From: a virus
Taxonomy: Duplodnaviria; Caudoviricetes
IMG/VR virus record: IMGVR_UViG_3300025674_000014
Length of the DNA: 64,000 bases
Direction: 5' to 3' (one strand)
The notes under the pieces were generated by a model, which was given only the letters and a program-made list of their open reading frames with translations, searched no databases and had not been told where the DNA came from. The translations under genes were made by a program, and so were the position numbers. Position 1 is the stretch's first letter. Every line of letters starts with the position of its first letter. Of this stretch, positions 55,072 through 62,984 are shown one piece after another.

Positions 55072-55075
55072 TATA

Positions 55076-55792
55076 TTAGCATGATTGTGAACTTGACCTA
55101 GATAATGTTATACTCTTGGTTCTTGTTCTTGTAATTGTACTTGTTCTTGTTTGTGATTTAGTAACTGAAGGGGTAATACAAGATGTAGGTCGAGTACATG
55201 AATTAGTTCTAGTTACTGTATTAGTAGGGGTTTTTGTTCTTGTGCCTGTCGGTGTTGGTGTAGCATAATAGCTAACAGTTGGTGAAATTGATTTTGTTAA
55301 TGTTGGTGTAGGTGTTTGTGTTCTTGTTCTGGTTTGTGTTGGTGTTTGAGATCTTGTTCTAGTAGTTGTAGCTGATTGAGTAATAGTAGCAGTTGGTAAA
55401 GGTGTTGCACTTGGTGTCTCTGTTCTTGTTCTTGTAATAGTAGGTGTTTGAGATCTTGTTGCAGTACTTGTAGCACATTGTGTACCGGTTCTTGTTCTGG
55501 TAGTTGAATTAGTACATGTTATGGTAGGCGTAACTAATGGCGTACCAGTTCTTGTTCTTGTCTGAGTTGGTGTGCTTGTACCGGTTTGTGTAGATGTTCT
55601 TGAAAACGTATATGTAGGGGTATAAGTTTGTGAATTTGTCCTGGTTGTCGTAGGAGAAGGTGTATTACAAACTGTTGGGCTGCAAGTTACAGCTGGTATA
55701 CCATGCACATTGGCCTGAGCCCAATTAGAAGCTCTCTGAGGACCACCGTTAGCTTGTCTTATTAAATCTCTAAATGTAGGTATACCTGCCAC
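55076..55792 (-). CDS. Thr-rich low-complexity late protein
   Basis: About 79 of 238 residues are Thr (hand count), 7 Cys; TAAATA-N5-GTG. Confidence 0.7.
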   Translation of the reverse strand: MAGIPTFRDLIRQANGGPQRASNWAQANVHGIPAVTCSPTVCNTPSPTTTRTNSQTYTPTYTFSRTSTQTGTSTPTQTRTRTGTPLVTPTITCTNSTTRTRTGTQCATSTATRSQTPTITRTRTETPSATPLPTATITQSATTTRTRSQTPTQTRTRTQTPTPTLTKSISPTVSYYATPTPTGTRTKTPTNTVTRTNSCTRPTSCITPSVTKSQTRTSTITRTRTKSITLSRSSSQSC

Positions 55793-55813
55793 GATAATAT
55801 TTATGCTTATATG

Positions 55814-57175
55814 TTAAGGGTCAAATGAAGTAGTTGCAGGAAAACCAGTAGAACCTGCTTGCCAATACATTTTACCACCTATCATAGCAGTTAATGCTGA
55901 TTGTCTACTACTAATTACTTGCATATCATAACCTTTATAACCTATATCTATTTCATCTCCTTTATAAGCTGATAAATTAAACATATTAGCTACATTTGTT
56001 ATTTTATTAGCAACCCCTATAGTTCCATTACCTGCAAAATTAAGACCTATAACTTTCCATGCAGATAATGCGGGATTAGTAGAATTAAACAATGCACATA
56101 CAAAAGAACCTGAATCACCTCCTGAAGATGGAGATAAACTAGATGAATTACCTCTAAAAAATATTTGATCTTCAAATCCTAACGTCCCTACATTACCACC
56201 ATAGCTAACATTAGCTCCACCAATACTATAAGCACTTAACCTACAAGTAAAACCATAAGGATCACTACCAGGCCAACCTACAGGACCCTCAGTTCTACCA
56301 GATCTAAATACAGGAGCACCTAACTCGGTGGTTAATAATGAATTTATTTCTGAATCAGTAGCCCAATCCATAGGCTGACTTATATCTAATTGATATTGCT
56401 GCCAGTTAGTAGATGAACCCGATAAATTAAGAGTATGTGTACCAGATAATGCAAATGAACAAACATCAACTCTATTACCAGAAGATTTAAAAGGGTAAGC
56501 TTTTTTAACAGTACCCACAGTTAAAGGTTGCATTAACGATTGTGTAACTGTAAATTTATCATACGTAGATCTTTGATATACCGGGTATCTGTCATCACCA
56601 GGTGAAGAAGTCGTATCGTTAACTGAAAGATATGTCCAAAAAGTTAAACCACTATCGTTAGTAAAAGCTCCTCCTAAATCACCAGCTAAAGTATTTTTAC
56701 TTAAAACGTGATTGTTACTAACTCCTACAATAGTGTAATCTTCTAAATCAACAGCTAACCCACCCAATGTACCGGTATCAACTGAACTTCCTCCCCAGCC
56801 ATCCGGAGGTACAGTACCAACTGATATACCACCTACTAATGGTCTATGTTCTACTCTACTACCACTAACAGGCATTAACCAAGTACTTTGAGGAGTAGAT
56901 GGATCTGGTAAAGTATAACACCCGGTTGCTGATAAAGAAGGTACTTCCACAACATCCGTTGCATAAGTTACACCATCTACTTCAACTGAAGATGGAAATA
57001 AATCCTCTTGAGGTATATCACTTAAAGGTAACTTCTTTTCAACAAATAAAGTTAAACAAGGCTGTTGGGTTTCAACACCTTGAACTTCTTTTTTTGAAAC
57101 AACAACACCATTCCAGTTGACGTTAGAATCAAAAAGTTGATTTGCTTTTATAGTTAAATTATCAATATTACTCAT
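55814..57175 (-). CDS. Trypsin-like serine protease, Nal1-like
   Basis: Triad motifs SNNHVL, RVDVC, GGDSGS; GTLGG; N-terminal LTLFVEKKLP...VDGV..TDVVEV module. Confidence 0.85.
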   Translation of the reverse strand: MSNIDNLTIKANQLFDSNVNWNGVVVSKKEVQGVETQQPCLTLFVEKKLPLSDIPQEDLFPSSVEVDGVTYATDVVEVPSLSATGCYTLPDPSTPQSTWLMPVSGSRVEHRPLVGGISVGTVPPDGWGGSSVDTGTLGGLAVDLEDYTIVGVSNNHVLSKNTLAGDLGGAFTNDSGLTFWTYLSVNDTTSSPGDDRYPVYQRSTYDKFTVTQSLMQPLTVGTVKKAYPFKSSGNRVDVCSFALSGTHTLNLSGSSTNWQQYQLDISQPMDWATDSEINSLLTTELGAPVFRSGRTEGPVGWPGSDPYGFTCRLSAYSIGGANVSYGGNVGTLGFEDQIFFRGNSSSLSPSSGGDSGSFVCALFNSTNPALSAWKVIGLNFAGNGTIGVANKITNVANMFNLSAYKGDEIDIGYKGYDMQVISSRQSALTAMIGGKMYWQAGSTGFPATTSFDP

Positions 57176-60100
57176 CGTAGTATCTTACATAAATCTGATT
57201 AGCATGTGATGTAGGTGTCTTAGTTTTAGTAGGGGTTTGAGTTGCAGTTCTTGTAGGTGTTACCGTTGGTGTAGGAGTTAGAGTACCTGACTGAGTAGCA
57301 GTCCTGGTTTGAGTAGGGGTAGGTGTAACAGGTACGGTTGGTCTAGAATTTTTATAGGGGTGATTAGAAGGTAAACTAGAAACTAAACCCCACTTCCAAG
57401 CAAGATACCCCTCTGCTTTTTCAATAGTAGAAATATCAGTACCCGATGTACCAGGTAATTGACCAGCAGCAAAAAATTCAGCTAATCTACCATCTAGTTC
57501 CTGTGATGCTCTATTACGGAATAACCTAAGCTGTTGATTAGTTGAAATGCTATTTGTATAATCATTAACCGGGGTAAATGCATTAGAACCATTAACTCTA
57601 ACTGAAATTTGATTACCTGTTTTATTAAAATTAGATGCAATTATAGTATAATTATATCTAGTAACGCTTTGTAAATTCCATGATTGCAAGTTACCTATAG
57701 TATTAGAAATTCTACCAGAACTTAATCCATCTAAGTCTAATTCACCTGGCCAAGTATTAGAACTGCTAGCAGAACTTATTGCATAATCTCGTTTTGGTGA
57801 TTGATTTGTTTCGTAGGACCAGAAAGAATCTTGTGAATTATTAGTTGTATCGTATCTAAATACCCCTATAGCCCAATGGTTACCAGACGAAACCTGGCTA
57901 CTATAACCAGTACTTTGTAGGTACTCATTACTACCATTAAATGTAAATACATTAAGACTATTCTGGTTGTTAGTAGTAGTTGGTGTACCTCCTACCGTCA
58001 TTGTGTAAGTACCGGCTTTATCCGTTACAGACGTTAAAATACCTCCCGAGCTAGACCAACTTGATGTATCACTTGCATCAATCCAAGATACTAAATTACT
58101 TAAATCATCGGGCGCCCAATTAGCTCCAACTGTAGTGGGGGTAGGGGTTTGCGTACCTGTTCTAGTTTGGGTCGGTGTTTGGGTTTTAGTATTGGTTCTA
58201 GTTTGGGTGGGGGTCTGAGATCTAGTTTGAGTGTTTGTTCGTGAAGGTGTTTTAGTTTGAGTAGCTGCTGGTGTACCTGTACTGGTACTAGTGGGGGTAG
58301 GGGTTTGTGTACCTGTTCTAGTTTGAGTTTTAGTTCTGGTAGGTGTTACAGCAGGAGATGTAAAGTATATATTACCATTTCTAAACGTACCGTAATACCA
58401 AGTAGAAGAAGGAGCAAATTGTATTCTAAAAGTATCTCCCGTATAACCGTTATAAGAGTAACTAACAACAGATTTTATACTACTATCTAAGTAAACATAC
58501 ATTGTATCAAACGCAGGCCCACCAGTTAAATCTGTATCAAATTCAAAAACATCACCAGCAGAAGATTGGAAAGTAACCCCATTAGCACTTGGATGTGGAG
58601 CTGAACCGGTACCGGTTAAACTATTATTAAATGTACGTAAAGGTGTTTGGGTATTTGTTACTGTATTAGTTGGTGTGGTGGTTGGTGTTTGGGTTGTCGT
58701 TGGTGTTTGAGTTCTACTTCTGGTATTAGTAGGTGAAGGAGTTCTAGTTGATGTTTTAGTTGAGGTGCTTGTTGGTGATTGTGTAGGGGTAGGTGTGGTA
58801 GTTGGTGTCTGAGATGCGGTCCTTGTATTAGTAGGGGTAGGTGTTAACCCTGGTGTATTAGATGAAGTTTGTGTTGGTGTCTGTGTATTTGTATTTGTAG
58901 GTGTAGGTGATTGACTATTTGTTCTAGTTTGGGTAGGTGTTTGGGTTCTACTTCTAGTATTAGTGGGTGTTCTAGTAGCAGTAACACCTGGTGTATCAGT
59001 CGAACTTGGAGTCCTGGTAACTGTAGGTGTTACTGTAGGACTAACAGATGCTGTTGGTGTGTTGGTAGAAGTTGAAGTATTTGTAGGGGTAATAGTTGGT
59101 GTATTTGTTCTTGTTCTAGATTGTGTTGTAGTTCTTGTATTAGTAGGAGTTGGGGTAATAGGACCTAAACTAAATCTAGGACGTAAAACGTTATAAGTTG
59201 AAACTATACTATCTTGGCTTAAAGCTATACCGGAATATGTTTTAATAATAGCTATATCAGCATCTAAATTAGAGTTATTACCTGAAAACCATTTCATTGG
59301 TGTGCTATTAGTAATAATACCAGAAGGTCTATTAGCTTCTGATATTGCTCTTATAGCACCATCAACATAAATTCTTAGTTTTGTAGAATCAGCTACAAAT
59401 GCAACTTGATGCCAGCTATTATCATTATAAGTTAAACTCGTTCTAGCAAAAATTTCATTACCGTCATTGTCTTTTTCCCAAAAGTCTAATTTACCTGCAT
59501 TAACAGTGTCTCCTGAGCCTCTAACACCCATCATGAAATAACAAACATTAGCTTGATTATTATAATCGGTTACTATAGGCACTGTATATGAAGATGCTGA
59601 AGAACTTATGTTTGATCTAACTCTAATCCAAAATATAAAAGTATAAGGGTATCTATTTTGTATAGGACCAGCTTCGGTTCTAGGAATTGCAGTATTTTTA
59701 GCTAATTGATAACCACAAACCATACAATCTGTAGATCCATTTAAACAAAAATGATTTGACGGTCCAAAGTATGTCACATATTGAGGGGAACCACAAATGT
59801 ATAAATCATTATTTCTTCTTACATCACAAAATATATTACCGGAACCAGGGTAACTGTAAATGTTAGAAGCATCTACTTGCATAGTTAAATGACAGCAAGA
59901 ATAAGAAGCTTGAGTAGAAGTTCTTGTTTTAGTTGGGGTTGCTGTATAGGTGTTAGATGCAGTTCTAGTTGGGGTTGCAGTGGTAGCATTTCTAGTACGA
60001 GTACAAGTAGGTGTAGCTGTTGTAGCCATCCTAGTTGGTGTATAAGAAATTGTCGCAGTCTGTGAAGGTGTAAACGTTGGTGTTCTTGTTTGAGTTCTAG

Positions 60101-62174
60101 TTTCGGTAGGAGTATTACCTGGTGTAACCGATTGGGTAGATGTTCTAGTACTAGTGCGTGTTTGTGTTGGTGTTCTAGTCGGGGTCCTTGATCTGGTTTG
60201 AGTTGTTGTTCTTGTATTAGTTGGTGTTTGGGTTGCTGTTCTGGTATGGGTCCAGTTTCTGGTATTAGTTTGAGTGTTGGTAGGTGTTGTCGTAGGAGTG
60301 CTTGTAGAAGTTTTTGATAAAGTTATAGATTTTGTTTGAGTAGGTGTACCTGTAGGTGATGACCCGAAGGTAGGTGTTTGAGTCTGCGTAGGGGTTTGTG
60401 AAATAGATACTGTAATAGTTGCTGTATTAGTAGGTGTTCTAGTCTGGGTAGGGGTTTGAGTTACTTCAGGTAAATAAAATCTATGTTTTATGTTATTAAA
60501 ACTTTGCAATACTTGAGCAGTACTTAAAGCCTTTTCATAGACTTTAACGATAGCCATTTGTCCGTCAAAATTACCCGTACTATTAACAACGCTACCCAAT
60601 TTAGGGCTAACACTACTACTATAATCATACGTATCTGTAGTAGATAAATTAGTTACACCGTTTATATAAAGTCTAGAAGTTCCTGAAGACCTAACTAAAG
60701 CAAATTGATACCAGTAGCCGGTTTGTAAAGTAAAGCTTGTATCTTGTGTCCAACCTAAAGAAGGATTGTAATAAGAAAAGTAGTTATTATAAAAACCAAA
60801 AGTAAAATCTCCTGCAGTGTTATTGAAGTTAGATAAAAGTACAGATGAACCGTTATTTAAACTGTAAATTTTAGCCCATATAATATAACTAAAATCATTT
60901 GTACTTAAAGATGTTATATTGCTGCTGCTAATATCAATACTACTTCCCTGATCAAAAGTAAAGTTTTTAATAGAAGAGGGTGTTGAACCTGAATTATAAA
61001 AAACATCACCGCTTAGAGAACCGTTATTAGTATTTGAAGTTAAATCTGTCCATTGATTAGCTGTACCGGTGGACGAACTATTGTCGGCATCCAAATACAT
61101 TATTAACCCTTCAGTTAATGAACCTGTACTAGTACGGGTAATAGTATTTGTAGGTGTGGGGCTGTTGCTACTTGTTCTTGTTGATGTATGTGTGTTAGTT
61201 GGTGTCTTACTTGTTGTTGGTGTATTAGTAGATGTTACATCTGGTGTACCGGTTGGTGTGGCAGTATTAGTAGGGGTACGAGTAGCGGTTTCTGATGCAT
61301 TGGTAGTAGGTGTAATAGAGCTAGTTCTAGAAGGTGTTTTAGTATGAGTAACTTCAGGTGTCTGTGTTTGTGATGAAGTTTGTGTAGGTGTATAAGATGG
61401 TGAAGGAGTTTGGGTAGCTGTATTAGTGGTGGTTTGAGTTTGAGTAGAAGTATTAGTTGGGGTTTGAGTTTGAGTGCCTGTTTGTGTTCTTGTTAAAGTT
61501 TGAGAAGGTGTTGGTGTTAATGTTGTGGTATTAGTTGTAGTTGATGTAACCGTTACAGTGGGTGTAGGTGATGAACCTGTAGTAGCAGTAGATGTAACTG
61601 TACTTGTACTTGTTCTTGTAGCTGTATTTGTATTAGTTGGTGTTCTAGTCGGGGTGGGTGTATTGGTTGCAGTACCGGTAGGTGCTGGTGATGACCTTTC
61701 TGGTGTCTTTGTTGTATTAAGAGATTGAATATAAAAAGGGTAATCACTATTAATTGACGGAAATACATTATAGCCACCAGGACTGGTAATAAGAAACTTA
61801 AACTCACCTGTTGCAATACCAGATAAAGCTCCAAGACCCACTTGTACGGTATTTGATGTATAATCAAAAAATACATCACAACCTAAATCTAAAGCATTAT
61901 AAGCACTAAATGCAGGGTAAGTAGAAGATAATGATGGAATATCAGAGTAATAAGTTACACTACTTAAATTAACCGTTGAGAGAGAGTTGGGGATAAATGA
62001 AGATGGGTTAGAGCTGCTCAAATAAACCTGATAAGTCGAAGCTTTCCCTAAGCTGTTACCTGCACCGCCTCTAGTAAAAGGTATTTTAAAAACAAACGAT
62101 TTTTCATACTCACTGTAAATCAGTTTGTTAATTTGATTATTATTAATTAAAAGTTTTTGTCCAAATCTCTTCAT
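57168..62174 (-). CDS. 1668-aa modular virion adhesin/fibre with three LamG/ConA-like domains and Thr/Pro-rich linkers
   Basis: GLIMYLDA...QWTDL...KVYEKALS, LTMQVDAS...IIKTYS and WIDASD...AEGYLAWKWG domains separated by TPTQTRT-type repeats. Confidence 0.8.
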   Translation of the reverse strand: MKRFGQKLLINNNQINKLIYSEYEKSFVFKIPFTRGGAGNSLGKASTYQVYLSSSNPSSFIPNSLSTVNLSSVTYYSDIPSLSSTYPAFSAYNALDLGCDVFFDYTSNTVQVGLGALSGIATGEFKFLITSPGGYNVFPSINSDYPFYIQSLNTTKTPERSSPAPTGTATNTPTPTRTPTNTNTATRTSTSTVTSTATTGSSPTPTVTVTSTTTNTTTLTPTPSQTLTRTQTGTQTQTPTNTSTQTQTTTNTATQTPSPSYTPTQTSSQTQTPEVTHTKTPSRTSSITPTTNASETATRTPTNTATPTGTPDVTSTNTPTTSKTPTNTHTSTRTSSNSPTPTNTITRTSTGSLTEGLIMYLDADNSSSTGTANQWTDLTSNTNNGSLSGDVFYNSGSTPSSIKNFTFDQGSSIDISSSNITSLSTNDFSYIIWAKIYSLNNGSSVLLSNFNNTAGDFTFGFYNNYFSYYNPSLGWTQDTSFTLQTGYWYQFALVRSSGTSRLYINGVTNLSTTDTYDYSSSVSPKLGSVVNSTGNFDGQMAIVKVYEKALSTAQVLQSFNNIKHRFYLPEVTQTPTQTRTPTNTATITVSISQTPTQTQTPTFGSSPTGTPTQTKSITLSKTSTSTPTTTPTNTQTNTRNWTHTRTATQTPTNTRTTTQTRSRTPTRTPTQTRTSTRTSTQSVTPGNTPTETRTQTRTPTFTPSQTATISYTPTRMATTATPTCTRTRNATTATPTRTASNTYTATPTKTRTSTQASYSCCHLTMQVDASNIYSYPGSGNIFCDVRRNNDLYICGSPQYVTYFGPSNHFCLNGSTDCMVCGYQLAKNTAIPRTEAGPIQNRYPYTFIFWIRVRSNISSSASSYTVPIVTDYNNQANVCYFMMGVRGSGDTVNAGKLDFWEKDNDGNEIFARTSLTYNDNSWHQVAFVADSTKLRIYVDGAIRAISEANRPSGIITNSTPMKWFSGNNSNLDADIAIIKTYSGIALSQDSIVSTYNVLRPRFSLGPITPTPTNTRTTTQSRTRTNTPTITPTNTSTSTNTPTASVSPTVTPTVTRTPSSTDTPGVTATRTPTNTRSRTQTPTQTRTNSQSPTPTNTNTQTPTQTSSNTPGLTPTPTNTRTASQTPTTTPTPTQSPTSTSTKTSTRTPSPTNTRSRTQTPTTTQTPTTTPTNTVTNTQTPLRTFNNSLTGTGSAPHPSANGVTFQSSAGDVFEFDTDLTGGPAFDTMYVYLDSSIKSVVSYSYNGYTGDTFRIQFAPSSTWYYGTFRNGNIYFTSPAVTPTRTKTQTRTGTQTPTPTSTSTGTPAATQTKTPSRTNTQTRSQTPTQTRTNTKTQTPTQTRTGTQTPTPTTVGANWAPDDLSNLVSWIDASDTSSWSSSGGILTSVTDKAGTYTMTVGGTPTTTNNQNSLNVFTFNGSNEYLQSTGYSSQVSSGNHWAIGVFRYDTTNNSQDSFWSYETNQSPKRDYAISSASSSNTWPGELDLDGLSSGRISNTIGNLQSWNLQSVTRYNYTIIASNFNKTGNQISVRVNGSNAFTPVNDYTNSISTNQQLRLFRNRASQELDGRLAEFFAAGQLPGTSGTDISTIEKAEGYLAWKWGLVSSLPSNHPYKNSRPTVPVTPTPTQTRTATQSGTLTPTPTVTPTRTATQTPTKTKTPTSHANQIYVRYYDE

Positions 62175-62971
62175 TATTGTGAAAATATAAATGATTCAAT
62201 TTCTTGCTCTGAAGCAGAAACTGTAACTGTTTCGGTTATTGCTGATAATCCTGACAACTGAGTTCTCAATGTTGGGTAATTATCTAAAGTAAGCACTGTG
62301 CCCGTATTTTCAGTACCACTAACAGCATAGAAATTAGCATCAACTCTATAAATGTTACTAACGTTATTTTGAGCTGCAGGAAATATCCAACCTTTAATAG
62401 TGAATGTTGTATCAGCGGTAACTCGTGCTTTATCTGAAGCTTGCAACTCGGTTGGGTAAGACATGTTAATATTTCCATCCCAAAGTACTTCACTTCTTAT
62501 TTCTTGCATTTCAGATAATGCACCTAAGCCCGATGGAACTGGCCAGCTTATAATAATATAAGGGTTATTATAAGGTATGAAATTAGATAAGATTTGATCC
62601 ATATCTAATTGATATCTTGTTATAACAGAAAAATTAACTGTAATGTTTACTGGGGTAGGAGCATTATATTTGTTTGAATACTGGTCATTACTATAATAGA
62701 AACCGTTAACATCAGGTAACTTGTTAAAAACCCTATCATTATCTCTAGAAATACCTGCTACATTGATAGCAACTACCGGTAAAGTAATTGTTTTTGCTTT
62801 ATTGACTATATCATAAAGAACGCGCTGTTTAGGAGCGTATAGATATCTTACAAAAATCCTATCTTTTTGCTCTCTATTCTTATTATATCTACCAATAACT
62901 ATACTATCAAAAGCATTAGCAAATTGAATAATAAGGTCTTGTATTTCAAAGTATGTCGACTTCCAACGCAT
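62174..62971 (-). CDS. gp15: Tail terminator/sheath stabiliser, T4 gp15-like
   Basis: IIQFANAFDSI, VRYLYAPKQR, ITLPVVA, DMDQILSNFIPYNNP, FTIKGWIF. Confidence 0.88.
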   Translation of the reverse strand: MRWKSTYFEIQDLIIQFANAFDSIVIGRYNKNREQKDRIFVRYLYAPKQRVLYDIVNKAKTITLPVVAINVAGISRDNDRVFNKLPDVNGFYYSNDQYSNKYNAPTPVNITVNFSVITRYQLDMDQILSNFIPYNNPYIIISWPVPSGLGALSEMQEIRSEVLWDGNINMSYPTELQASDKARVTADTTFTIKGWIFPAAQNNVSNIYRVDANFYAVSGTENTGTVLTLDNYPTLRTQLSGLSAITETVTVSASEQEIESFIFSQ

Positions 62972-62984
62972 TCAAAATATTTAT

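Noticed and set aside
55076-61700. G/T-rich repetitive DNA as CRISPR, satellite or telomere-like repeats
   Set aside because: The repeats are imperfect, in frame and fully explained by Thr/Pro codons on the minus strand.
23131-61728. Plus-strand Val/Gly/Leu-rich ORFs (e.g. 23131, 25340, 58257, 58963, 61069, 61525) and alternative-frame ORFs (23576, 25231, 61553)
   Set aside because: These are shadow ORFs produced by stop-poor Thr/Pro repeats and have no start signals.
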